Positions 1 through 13,641 of a DNA stretch of 64,000 nucleotides are shown piece by piece. Origin of the DNA: Ptychomitrium polyphyllum (taxonomy: Eukaryota); contig OZ316775.1 in NCBI GenBank assembly GCA_973851085.1, positions 19,344,001-19,408,000 of the forward strand. Direction: 5' to 3'. A program made the translations under genes and the position numbers. The notes under the pieces are model-generated. The model saw only the letters and a program-made list of their open reading frames with translations. It was not told the origin of the DNA and made no database searches. Each line of letters starts with the position of its first letter. The stretch's first letter is position 1.

Positions 1-144
1 AGCTTGAGAATAAATGTAAAATTGTAGCTTCACTAGGCCAAGTTATTATATCAAATATAACTTCAATTATTAGAATATATATATTTTTTTAATTTCTTTT
101 TAAGAAGTGGTTTTAAGAATTATCCTCTAAAAAGTCAATAAATA

Positions 145-430
145 AGAATTGGTACAAAAACTACAAACAAAGCAATGATGGATATGTTGCACACTTGTGT
201 TGGTAAGATTAAGGCTTCATGGTATAAATTGCCTCTAATTTATACTATAAAGCTTATGCTTTCTTAAATATTTAAAAAAAAACTTCTCATGAAACTATAA
301 AATGTTTTGGAGGTCTATAGAACCTCCTATAGGAGATGGAAACTAGTAAAAGCTATTGCAAGGTATTAGAAGGTTCTTAGAGGTTATTGGAAGTTGCTTG
401 AAGCCACTAGGTGGTTTTGGAGGGTTTTTT
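145..430 (+). mobile_element. Degenerate LTR-like repeat (partial), same family and orientation as 8362-8755
   Basis: Aligns by eye to ~8435-8745 (aattggt.caa.aactacaa; ttgg.aagattaagg; ttgcctc.aatttatactat; tagaaggttctta.a.gttattggaag). Confidence 0.55.
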
Positions 431-2720
431 TAAATTATTTTGTAATATATATCTGTGATACCAAAAACTATGACTATAAATATGTACTAACATCACTTCT
501 TTGCAGGTCACATGTGGTCTAAATAAAACAAGGTTGTTGTCAAAGCAATCAAGAAAAAGAATTGTCTCTTTCATTTAGAAATCAGAGTTTAAATTAAAAT
601 TCCATTAGTATTTACTATCACGTTTTTCAACACACAAAGAGTCTTTATTTTTAAATGTAGTCATTAATCTAATCAGCATTCATTGTAATATTAATCAAAA
701 GGATAATTTTTCACCTTAAGGAACAATAATTTCTTTTAGATTAAACTTTGTCAAAGTTCTCTCTTACAAATATTGTGCAAACTAATGTAACTAGAATTTT
801 TTATAACTATGGTGAATCAGTTGTACATTTATGCTCAAAAACAATCTTGTTTTAATCTTATCATTGTTGTAATAATGCTACCATATTTTGAATGTTTAAG
901 GCCATAGACCTTAGTCCATTTAAACAGAAAATAATTCTTTTTTTAACTCAAAATTGTAATTGTCAATTTTTTAGTTATCCAAACATTTCCACATTTTGAG
1001 ATTATTATTTAAAATGTTAAATACTGTTAATTTCTAATTGCAAATTGATTTCTTAAACTTCTTTCAAATTAAATGGAAGATCAATGATTTGTTGCATTTA
1101 TAATATTTTTGTAAATTGTAAAAATTTTAATCCTACAAATTGTTGTTTATACAGAAGTAAAAAGGGACAGGGATATAAACATTAGATATGAAAATTGTAA
1201 TCTTTAATGATATGGAAGTGAATATCTTACTAAATATTAAAAGTAGTTTTCAATTTAATTTTCTTTTACATTCATAGCAATTCTAAAATGCATGTTTTGA
1301 AAAAAATGAACTTGGGGAAATAATGGTCTCATAAATATAAAATTTATTAGAACTTAAATCCTCCTTAAAATTTATTTAATAGAATATGCAATGCATTTTT
1401 CCATCAAAATCTAGTGCACTTATACCTCATCTTCAAGAGTTGCCAACACCTAAAGTTTAAAATTGAATAACGTACTTGTAATGACATTTTATGTAAATAT
1501 TATGTAATTTTTTTATAAATATATAATTGTATTTTAAAGGCAATAATAATGCATGCAAGTAGTAGGATAATAATATAAGTTTGATGTACAATAATTCTTA
1601 GAAGAAATCAAAATCTTGTCTTAATTATTGTAATTAATTTTAACATATTTAGATAAATCTTTAACATAATATACCATTTTTGCAAAGTTTCCTTAATGTT
1701 CATATTTGTTATATTGAGACAAGATGCAAATTTTGAAACTTCCACCGTTAGTTTTATAAAGTTTAAAAGGTCACAAACTAAGATTCTAAAATATCTTACT
1801 TTAATAAATATGATGTTCTAACATTTATAACAAATAAGAAATTTTAATTTATTATTGTTTTAACACTTCTAAACAACTTGCAAGAAACTATGCTAAGGCC
1901 AATAATTCTATAGTGAATAAAGTCCATACATATAAAATCAAAAACATGTTAAAATCATAATTCTTTTTTATTTTCAAATCCATTATTGAAACTCCTCCAT
2001 TTATATTGAAATCATTACTCCACTTATCACCTTCAAAATAAGTTTTGGTACTAGGTAAAAGTGTATTACCATCATATAATGCAAATTTTGCTAATTTATC
2101 TGTAGTACAAAAAGTAAATATATTTTAAGCCTCAATTCATATAGAAAGCTATTATAAATATTCTATATTGAAAAATGTTCTTTAAAGCATGTCTTGAAGC
2201 TTTCAAGGTTACTTTGTCAAAAATACATGCATATAAACATATAGAAACCTACCTATACATACATACATACATACCATTTATAAATAAAAAGTCAATGAAT
2301 TTCTTAAATACAGATAATAATGTCTTATATCAAAGTCATTATTCTTGAAATTGAAAATACTTCATGACAACATTAACTTCTATAAAAATAAAACAAAAGA
2401 TTCTCAAATAAATATTTAGATTCTAGCTAGTACAGGCATACAACTTTGGTTTGTTAACAGTACAAAAACTAAAACTACAATAAATGACTTCAATCCGAAA
2501 ACTCACATGTATCAAGCAATTCTATATTCTTCATCAAACTCAAGTTACATAACTTACCTTAAATGCATTTGTTTTATAAACTTTCATTATTAAATTTTTT
2601 GAGAAAATGATTTTAGATTCTAACCGTATGTGAGATTCTGTATATGATTTACGCATAAATAAATAAAAATGGTCCTTTCAAAATCAACACGTCAAGATGA
2701 AGTTTATTCAGATTGCAGAC

Positions 2721-4028
2721 CTGGTAAGACATAGAACACTGTAGGCATGCCTGCAATTTTGTTGTTTTGATTATCAGAGACAGTCATCACATATGCTCCA
2801 ACTTCAGTAGAATATACAGTAACTATACACACTCCAAAAGCCACTCGAGAGAATACTTTAGCACTAACTGATGATGTGTTTGAATCAAGTATTTCTTCAT
2901 GACCATGTTTCTGGAATGTGATTTTCAGCTGGCTCTCATGAAACTTTTGACCACCTGTCGTACCTGAGACTTTATTTCCATATGCATCATATAGTAAAAC
3001 TTTGAGTGTGCCAAACTCTTTCACTATAAATGAACTACTTCTTTCCCATTCATATTGACAATTTGGTATTGATACATTTCCTGTTATAAACAACCAACAT
3101 GGACATGATTGATTAGTATAATACTGGAAATCATCCATATGAAATCTCTCCGAGCTGATTTTCTCCTGAAATTTATGTAGAATCTTCAACCCTAAATTTA
3201 TTGTATTTGGTTTTTGATTATATCATTTACTGCAACATCATAACGTAGTGTAATATTGGTTAAACAGTGTTATGTCTTCATCAGAAGTACATAAATGATA
3301 CAATCAGTTTCATTTCATATCAAGTAACATGAAACTCTGTTCATGGTCTAGTCTTACACATCTGTTTGAAATTGCTATTGGCAAATAAGTCATGATGAAT
3401 CACCTGCAACAATATGCACATCAAGTTGTAAGGGAGGAATATTGCTTTGCATGCTTATCCATGCATTTGAATTTAGTAGTAATGTAATTGTCTTGTCTGG
3501 TGAAGCCATGCCCCAGCCTGTGAAGATACAAGAAAAGAAGTAGGTTCCATTGTTCAAAATTCCTTGAGATGGAATGGTACAACTTAAGTCTTTTGAGTAC
3601 TTGGAGCTATCATCCGAGGATGTCAAAACACTGACTTTCATGAATCCAGGGTCGTCACCACTATATCTACTGCAACAATAGCATTCAAGATTGCAAGTTA
3701 AGTTAGTTCTAAGGCATGATCTACCCGAACACTCACGCACGAATGTGGTGATGGTAAAGTCTACAGTTTGCCCTGTGGGTATAAAATTTGATGTATTGTT
3801 GAGGTCCTTTGTGTTAAAATATGAACATGTATTACTAAGGCCTTTTCTATTGGTCATGGAATCACAAGCTCCACAACAACGACTTTCTGTATTTAGCAAG
3901 CAACACTTTGCCCATGCTTTTTCTATATAAGAACAACATGATGGTTCAAATGTTTGCAATGCATTTGTATGGACAATGATGTTTACATTGATGACATATA
4001 ACAAAACAAGAAGTTTTAATTTAACCAT
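2721..4028 (-). CDS. GEX2-like / filamin-Ig-repeat secreted protein, 5' portion only (exons ~4028-3404 and 3080-2721; possible weak exon ~2100-1890)
   Basis: Signal-peptide-like MVKLKLLVLLYVINVNIIV, a Cys-rich segment, then GNVSIPNCQYEWE..LKVLLYDAYGN...IAGMPTVFYVLPG, resembling GEX2 filamin repeats (DAFGN motif). GT/AG phase-1 junctions join the two ORFs. Confidence 0.55.
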
Positions 4029-5938
4029 CACTTTTAACTATAAACAAGACATACCATATCATTAAGTAGATCAATTTATTGGCTTTAGAATGTAGTGATA
4101 TTCTATGCTACAAATTTTATACTTTGTTATTAAAATTGAAAAAAAAAAATCTTTAAATTTTAATAAATATTAGTTTGTGTCATTTAATTTTATCATTCTT
4201 TTGCTTTCAACTAAGATTTAAGTTTCTAATTGTACAAGTACATTCAACACAATTTCTTATTTTCATCAGAAATCATCATTAGTATAAAATTGAATCATAA
4301 CAGGTTTTAAAACTTGATTATGTTGTTTAAATAACAACAAACATATTCTTTCTTTTGAAAATGATCGAACTTGGATGCTTCTAAATGTTTGGATGTAAGA
4401 GGTTTTTCCTTGGCTTGAATACTTTACATGTCATTTTAGTCAGATACAATGCATTGCTCATGAATTTTTTTCATGTACTTTATTACTTATCACTGCATAC
4501 AATCCCACAAAATTAATTTGTAAATATACGAAACTACCAAAATTTTCAAAACAACTTCAATAATAATAATATATAAAAATCTACACAATATCCAGGAGTT
4601 TAAACTTCACACATTTCTTTAAAATTATTTGATTAAATTGTAATTACTTTTGATTTTTTAAGAAGCTGCTTGTTTATTTAAAATGACATTTTTCCATAAA
4701 TAGACAAAAGAAGGTTTAATCAACTCTACTTTATCTAAAAATAAGTGAGTTGCATAATGAATTGATGCCTAATGTCAATTATACAAATTTGTTTATAAAA
4801 GTTGAAATTGAAGTAAAAATCATTTTTTAATATAACTATCTGAAAAAATCTTGATAGATTATATTATAATCAAATTCAATAATAAAACACTTATCGTAGC
4901 TCTCATAAGAATTACCAAATCAAATTAAAATTTTTTAATAGCTTCACAACCAAAAATTCCTCAAGTGATTTTATTATTTAATGAAGTGATGACATGCAAA
5001 TGGGCCATGTTATATGTAAGACCAATGATTTTCAATTTATCAATCTAATCACTTCTTTCTTTTTGCATTGATTCATTTGTAAATTCTTTCAATTATTCAT
5101 AACTATTTTTATCATACGCATATAAATATTCAAAATAAAACTAGAATTTTATAATTGGAAAAAGAATATCAAGGTTAATTCAACTTTTTTGAAATATTTA
5201 TGGTCATGAAATTTAAAACGAGTTTATCTGATTAAGAATTTATATAAAATTAAACTAGTATAAAAATGGAAGGACATTAAGTTTGAAAACTTTAGTTTAG
5301 TTAAGAGCCACATAGCCATGTAAAAAGACAATTTGCCACAATATTTTGGATAAATTTAAAAGAAAATTTTATGAACATATATGTATATATTATTAATTTA
5401 TTTATTAGTTATTAATAAAATTTATAAATTCAATTTTCTTTTTTGTATTTTTGTATTTTTAAAAATAGTACTAATTATTTCATTAAAAATATATATAAAC
5501 CTTTTGCACTTTCATTGAAACTTATTTATTTAAGAGATGCATTTATTGAGCAAATTTTTGATTGTACAAACATGTAATGGAAATAAATATAAGAATAGAA
5601 TAAGAATTGTATGTCATTATCAACAACAGTATGAAAAACAATGAAACAACAAAATGGAACTGAAAACAAAATATGAATAGGACGAGAATGAGACAAAAAT
5701 GGAATTAAAATGGAACAAAAGGAGAAAAAAAATGGAATGGAATGAAAAGCAAACCGCTTTGTTTTTTTTTTTTATCATTAATTGTATTGAGAAAACAAAA
5801 TTTAAGCATTTTTTTGGAAACGAATATATTCTCAAGTTTATATTGCATTTATTCAATTCAATCTTAATAAAGTATTAAAATCTTAGTTTTTTATATTGCA
5901 TTGATTCACTATTGGAATTGAAAATTGTACTTATAGTG

Positions 5939-6988
5939 ATGATGAATAATATCCACAATGAATCATACTTTTTTATTCCATTAGATTTATGGCTTATAAT
6001 TTTTTGTTACTTACCAATTCCAAATCTTTGTAAGTTTAAAGTGGTTTGTCAAGAATGGAAAAATTTGATTCAAAGTAACGAGTTTTATAAAATGTGGACA
6101 AAAAATCATATAGAAGACAAAGATATGCTTATTTTTGGTTATAACTCGCTTCAAAGTATTTCAATGGTTGATTTTTCAAGTGGTCAACGCTACCAAATTA
6201 AGTGCTCATTTTTCAAAATTTGTAAATCATTAGATACAAAATACAAATTTCTTGCTACAAATAATGGATTAATTTTGATTTTATGTAGACCAAGGTATAA
6301 AGTTTTTGTCAATTCCATTCTTGTCTGCAATCCTATCAATAAAACCTACAAATACTTTTCTTTACCAAAAACACAAATTGAATGGAAAACTGAAGGTGGT
6401 ATAATTGTAAATCTTTGCACAAATACATACAAAATAATTACATTTGAAAATCATCCTTTTAATTATTTGCATATCTACAATTCCAACAACAATAAATGGC
6501 AAACACATGTTACCATGTTTGATGAAGTTCATGTGGTTTCTTGGTCAATTTATGATGATATTGTATATGTTTTATGTAAAGGTGCTTTAAATCCAAACCT
6601 CATGGCTTTTGATGTAAATAAAGAAATTTGGACCAATTACAACCTTGATAATTATTTTGAAAGAGGATGGAAGCTATTTGTAATACAATATCAATTATTC
6701 TTCATTCAAATTTATCAAAATGTATTGCTTGCACTTAAACTAACATCTTTACATAATGGCCAAGATTCAAGTATTAAATTGATGTATCGTTGTGATCTTA
6801 GTGATGGCTTTCATAATGTGCAAGATGCAATGATTTTTGGTAGTAAAATTGTCATTCCAACTTGGAATGGAGGCTCAATTGTTGATTTGCTCAGACCAAC
6901 AATACAAAAACTAAATGAAAATTTATGTGACATTATAGGCTTTGATTTTAAATGTTCATTTAAATTTAGCTTATTTGAAATACAATGA
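5939..6988 (+). CDS. F-box protein with FBA/kelch-like C-terminal region, intronless
   Basis: F-box IPLDLWLIIFCYLPIPNLCKFKVVCQEWKNLIQS; LATNNGLILI and ILVCNPINKTYKYFSLP motifs typical of plant F-box/FBA proteins. Confidence 0.85.
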   Translation: MMNNIHNESYFFIPLDLWLIIFCYLPIPNLCKFKVVCQEWKNLIQSNEFYKMWTKNHIEDKDMLIFGYNSLQSISMVDFSSGQRYQIKCSFFKICKSLDTKYKFLATNNGLILILCRPRYKVFVNSILVCNPINKTYKYFSLPKTQIEWKTEGGIIVNLCTNTYKIITFENHPFNYLHIYNSNNNKWQTHVTMFDEVHVVSWSIYDDIVYVLCKGALNPNLMAFDVNKEIWTNYNLDNYFERGWKLFVIQYQLFFIQIYQNVLLALKLTSLHNGQDSSIKLMYRCDLSDGFHNVQDAMIFGSKIVIPTWNGGSIVDLLRPTIQKLNENLCDIIGFDFKCSFKFSLFEIQ

Positions 6989-8361
6989 AATTGCTCAAAA
7001 ATAATTAGTTTTTAATTTTTAATATATTTTTCTAATAATATTTTATAATGATTTAAATATTTAAACAATACAACTATGAAAGTATCAATTTGTTGATAAA
7101 TTAACATCTATAGTCCTTTTAAATTTCAATATTACATAATATATTCTAAAATAACATTAAATATTATATTAATGATATAATATTTAATAAATTTCAAGAA
7201 ATCAGTATGCACATTAAATCTATGTAAAATCAAAATATTGAATTTCAATATAATAAAAATGCTAAAAACGTATAGTTTTGAATGAATTAATGAAGCATAT
7301 AGTGTATTATAATTACAATTAAAGAAAACATTTATAATTAAAAAAAGATTAAAGCATTAATTATTAATAATTGATTAATGATATCAACAAAAATAATGAT
7401 ATGAATTTCAAATGATTGCCGTAAATATTCAATATAGACTTTAATGGTATATGTGCATTTGCACAATGTAGTTAAAATATATTTTTGAAATTTTTATTAT
7501 AAAGAAGATATATAATTAAAATATATTTTTTGTTCTTAAAAATTAAAATAAGACATTTAGCACATTATTTTTAGTCATCTTTCAATATAAATGTTATTAC
7601 ATTTTATTTTTCTATGATCTTGGCTTCAAATCTTTTTATTGTATTAGCAAAGCATTAGGTTGCAAAAGTTTAAAATAAGAGCTTGTTAACAATATGTTTA
7701 ACAAACACACTTCTGAAAAGTATATGAGTCAGAATATGGTTATTTATTACATAATAAGTTTGCAATATGAAGGAATTGAACTTAACATAAAATACTAAAT
7801 TTAAAGCCATTGTTTGAAATTTAAGCTTAAATAACAATTAATAGAACTTACGTTGATTAGCAATCCATGTTCTAATGATATCAAAATCTACAAAATAATG
7901 TAAATGCTTTGGATCATAATGTTTAACAAAACTACTCATTTTTGCAATAAGAATTACATATTTTTAAAAACAATAATAAAATAACTTCAAAAATTATATT
8001 CTTAAAATATCTACTGTAATATATAAAGCATTGAATACTACCATCTATATTACAATATATATTATTGTAATATATTCATTTTTGGATGTATGAGAATTTG
8101 CTATGAGTTGAAAGCATGATCAGAAACATTTAAAGCAATGATATACCACAATGTACATGCTATTCTTTTATAGACATTAGAGACCATCTTGATGGCCTAG
8201 CTAAAACTTTATTGATGTTTTATTGAACAAATAAAATATGTTATTTTGTATTTCTTCTAATCAATTCATTTGCTTATCAAGTGTATATTTATTAATATTT
8301 TTTGAACAAGTTTCCTTTGTAACTAGACTTAATTATAATTATTCATGTATAAAATACATGT

Positions 8362-8755
8362 TGTTGAAAATACAAGAAACAAGGAATTAGATAAGAAGTA
8401 GTTTCAAGACTCCAAGAAATTATTAGATAATAAAAATTGGTGCAATAACTACAAGCAAAACAACACAATGAATGTGCTTCAAAACTTGTATTGGCAAGAT
8501 TAAGGTGTACCCCATCTTGCCTCCAATTTATACTATGAATCTTATGTTTCTTAATATACTTTTAAAAAAGCTTCTTGTGAAGCTATAGAATGTTATGGAG
8601 ATCTGTAGAACCTTCTTAAGAAACATCTCAAGGAGGTGGAAGCTAGTGAAAGCTACTAAAAGCTTTTAGAAAATTTTAAAAATCTATCAAAAACTTTTAG
8701 AAGGTTCTTAAAAGTTATTGGAAGCTCTTGGAAGATTTTGGAGGATTCTTCAACA
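8362..8755 (+). mobile_element. Putative solo LTR (~390 bp)
   Basis: Starts TGTTGAA and ends TTCAACA (TG...CA terminal inverted repeat); internal short repeats of tagaa/ggaag; homologous to 145-430. No clean target-site duplication seen. Confidence 0.6.
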
Positions 8756-9049
8756 ATATGTATATAAAACAATAAATGTAAAAATTAAATGTATGCATGT
8801 ATTATGGACATACATCTACTTAGAATACATCTTTTATTTGTAATCACTTCTTATGTGTATTTTACTTCCAAATCATTTTATTTTTTCAACTACAATTAAT
8901 TTTCACCTATTACATCTTATGTATTATTTCCTTTTTCTTTACTAAAATATTCTACTGTGTACAATATTAAAATTTGCATTTATGTATTTTTCACAATAAT
9001 CAGTATTCTTTATTTATATTAAACATACTATTCTTTGTCTAAGAATAAT

Positions 9050-12000
9050 GTTTCTTTTAAACTTCATGGTCTTAATAAAAAACAATTTGTTTATCCCAAT
9101 ACTTTTAAATATAACTTTATATCTTTGTATGTTACTACTTGAATTTGCCATTTTGAAAATCTATAATCATAATTTTCTTTTGTCATAATCCCTTCTTTTA
9201 CATAATTTAGTATTACATGCATACAAGTAGTTGTAGGATATTGTCCATCCATTGCCTTCAACATAAATTGATTCAAAAACTCATCTTGTGCATTATTCCA
9301 TCTCCATTTTTTCCAATGTATGATGCGCATAAAACTATCAAGTTTTTCTCTTCCCTACATCTAGAAAGCACTATTTATACATCATAAAAAATAATCTACA
9401 TCTTTGGTCAAAAAATATCCTTAACATTTGCTACCACATATTTACTCTGAAAATTATATCAAAATTTCTTTCTATATTTTCATCAATCAAATTTTGATGG
9501 TTTATACATGTACTATATATGTACTATGAAAAAAACATAAAATCTTTGATAGAATTAGAAATTGTTTTATGGATGTACTTTTGAATTCTTTCTAAAATTG
9601 CTACTCCAAAACTGGTTAATGTTGAATTTATAATTAATGCATATTATAATAACAATATTTGCTTCATTTAACTTTATTTGTTTTGACAATGAAACAATGT
9701 TCTTATAGGTTTCAAATTTTACATTGAGACAATTACCTTCATCATTCAATAGAACTACATACTCCTTTGGTGGTGTTCCTTTCGAAATGAAAACACTGTA
9801 CTCATAATAGAATGTTCCATCATTGTCTTTTCTATTTTGAGTAGCAAAAAGAAGCATCTTTAAAGAATTTATTGTTCGAAATCCCCTACATATATAATAA
9901 TTTGAAACACAAACATGCATTATTATTTATACATTGCCATACAATACACTTATTTTTTATGTCATTAATCATAATTGTATACTATATACTACACACATTC
10001 CTTTCATTTATAATGTTGGCATTGTATAAAAAAATAATACATATATCAAATACATCATAATAATGTTTTTATATTGATTATCATAATAACTTATTTTGTC
10101 AATTGTATAAACTTATATGCACTAATTTTTATATGTACAAAGAATTATCCAATTTTATTATGTAATTTTTATAAATTCTATTCTTTTTATACAACACAAT
10201 TAATCGTTTATGTTCTTCTTCTAATACATCCATGTGCTATTGTGTTATAATATCTAAACTTTCTAATTGGTAGCTTCTTTTAATTAGTTTTTTAATTGGC
10301 CTTGTTTTATTTATACATTTTAATTAATTAATACATGATTTTGGTTTGGTTCTTCCCTTCAGCCTAAATAGTGACAAAAAATGAGTTTGACTTCTTTTAC
10401 TAATAAAAAATATCTAAAAAAAAATGAATTAATTTTGCAATTTTTTTAATGTTTTTATGCTTTTCAAAATATCAATGACACTACTAGCATTAACATCAAT
10501 TTATTATCGATATTCCTAACAATTAAAATGCAAAAACGTATATAAACAAGACTAAGACTAATTGTTAAAATAAAGTCCTCCCCAGACATGAAATTACTCA
10601 AGTAAACAAATTCGAAACTCTAATTAAGAATAAATCCAAGGCTATAACCAACATGATTAGCATGAAGGTGACAATTATAATTTTTGATGATAAAAAATGT
10701 TGTAAATATTGCATTTCCAATAGGTGCTTAATCAAATTCAAATCTCTATTCTTTGCAATTTTTTTGATCAGTGCTCAAATATGTTTGGATACCTTAATTT
10801 GAGATAAATTAAATTAAAAAAGCTAGTTCTGTTGAAATTTTATGAAAAAATGTATCATTAAATTTGTATCTACAAAATAATAAATTAAACTAATAACTAA
10901 AAAAAAACATAAGAGTAATAATCTAAAATAATAAAAATAATCCAATATAAAATATTTGAATAAAATAAGAACATACCATCTTATATTTTTTTTGTAAAGT
11001 GCATACCAAAAAATCGATTCTGGTATTTGAATTTGGTACAAAATAATCCACATAATCACCATAGGTTTCCAAATATGAAGCTGCTTTCTTAACTAAAAGT
11101 AAGTTTTTTTTGGAAAGAATACCATTTTTCAAATTCATCATAAATGAATTTGAAGGAGAATCTTGAAAATGAAAATAGATCCTTTTAAGTTTCAGATATG
11201 CCAAAAGTTATTTTTAAGACCAATATTTGTAGACTTTAAGTCAACTTTCCAAGTTTTAATATTACAGAAACACCACCAAAATCCTCTTCAGCTTCAAAAA
11301 TAATCTTATCTTGAATTATTACATAGTTGTGCTTCATATGAAAAAGCAAAAGTTCAATATTTTGCTTTTGCTCCAATATCATATACAGGACAGGAAAACA
11401 TGGGCTTGTCTTCCGTTGGTTCCAATCCATGCTTTGTAGAAAATCGAAGTTAGAAAATGGACTTAAAATTTTTATAGCGAAAATGTGTATAATGTTTTTA
11501 GAATTTAGCATGTTTTAGAGGTACCTAGACCTTGCAGTAAATGCACTAGTTCAATTTTGGAATTTATATGTTATGCTTAGGAATTCCCAAGTGTAGCTGC
11601 CTTTAAAGATTTCTTCCTCTTTTGTAGATTTGTAACTTTTATAAGTACCATCATCATTTTGAGCCTATTTTTATCATTGTATTTATAGAATGCTATAAAA
11701 TAGTAAGTTTAAATTGCATAACTATATTTTAGTGCTAAGTTAGTATATTATATTAAATGACAAATGTATTCAATAATTACCTATTTTATCAAAATATATA
11801 TCAATTGAAATCTATAGAAAAGAACATGATATATTATAATCTAAATGATTCTTTTTATTAAAGTCAAATCTAATACAATATAAGATATATTAAATCAAAA
11901 GTTAACAATGGAAATTTTTTCTTTGGCTAGCTCTCTAAAGTAAACAACTATTTTAACTTTAAATTATTTTTTTGTTTAGTAGTTGTTTTTGTAAGAATTG

Positions 12001-13200
12001 TTCTATTGTTGGAATAGAATATTCCAAAAATATCATTAGCATCTATAGCTAAAAGTTCCTTAAATTGTCAAAACAAAAAATATTTTGGAAAAACACCAAA
12101 CTTACTTGGTTTGTGTCTTTTAAGTTTTAAGTATAATGATTTAAATATTAAGATCTACCTTTCAATATGCGTGAAAGCAATGCATGTGGAATATTTTCAA
12201 AAAAGTCATAGTTGTAGGAATATTGTAGAATGATCATTTTAAGCATTGGAATCAAATTTTAGGATGGTTGAAAAAACGAGTTAAATTAGATATATAATAC
12301 AATTAAACCTAGTAAAAATACATAGTTTTGACTTTTTAGACTTTTTAACTTGAATAGAACTTCTATTTATCCAAACACTTAAGTTCATCAAAATTATTCT
12401 ATTTTTAACTACTCTTATCTTGAAATTTTTAATAGTAAATTCAAAAAGTAGTGATAAATTATTCAAATGAAATTTATTGTTTATCTCTAAATAGACTTTC
12501 ATTTCTTCTTTGTCTTTCTAATATACTACTTTTATTTGATATTTTCTTTAATTGTTCCTTTGAATTTGATCTCCCATTCAAATGAAGTTTATAGTCATGA
12601 CTTATCAATCCAACTCTAATTAACATTTCTCTCCAATTATTAGCTACTCTAATATAATTCATCTTCAATCAAATCACACTTCTCAACATCAAATAACATC
12701 TGTTTACTTATTTCTCTTACATTTCTCTTTCTAACTTAATTACATACTTAATCAACCAAGCAATTTTTTTACATCCATTAGAATTAAAAGAAACACTTTC
12801 ATTCTCTAACCAAGTTGCTACTATTTTGTTAAGAATACACATTCTCACATTTACACACACTGATCCACTCAAATTTACTCACTTACACAAAAATTACACA
12901 CACAACAAAGGAAGAAATTCATATTTATATCAACATCAAAAATGACGCACTTCGCTCAGGTTTGCTCCTCACAATAACGGTCTTTTTTCCTGAAGTACCA
13001 TTCAAGCTAATTGGCAATAACTATCCCATTGGACCACTTCAATCCAAATTGATCATGACTGTTCAACATCCAATCATACTAACATCTCAGTTCGGATCAT
13101 TTTCTAACTTCCACGTTTCTTATCCAAAAGACTAAAAGTTTAAATTTGCCATAATATCCATTTCAACAAGTCTCCCATAGTTATTCTAGAATAGAATTCT
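9050..13200 (-). mobile_element. AT-rich tract of degenerate, frame-broken ORF relics, probably ancient transposon debris
   Basis: Several short minus-strand ORFs with natural-looking peptide (9091-9330, 9567-9920, 10923-11511, 12281-12668). The 12280-12480 piece weakly recalls Myb/trihelix proteins of PIF/Harbinger elements. Confidence 0.3.
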
Positions 13201-13641
13201 GGAAAGAGTTACTACAAAAAAATAAGTCTCCACTTCCGTGCCTTTCATGCCCTCGTCACACTGTAGAGTTGGATGGCCATCCAAGTGTCATCCCTCGCGG
13301 AACTGTATATTTCATACTGCTAGAGTCTTCGGGTTTGTATTCTAAGGAAATGGTAGAAGGTCTCAACCACGTACTTATACGCCTCGCTCGTCCTCCGCAC
13401 AACTAACCATATGGGATAACCACCACTGCCTAAACTATCACCTTTCTCCTTTTTCCTGGTTCCACCTTCATCTTTCACTTCTCATCGTCTGCAGAAACCT
13501 TCACGCCACCCACTTCCTGCACGGAATCCAGACCTCAGGAACTAGTACTAGCATCCCAGGTTTGGCAGGGGAAGATCTAGACAAGCCAATACACGCAGAG
13601 GGAGAGAGAAGATTGAAGGATTGGCTAGAGGGATTAACTAG

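Noticed and set aside
5620..5750. aatggaa-rich repeats and hydrophobic minus-strand ORF
   Set aside because: Low-complexity purine tract, irregular spacing; not an array or a gene.
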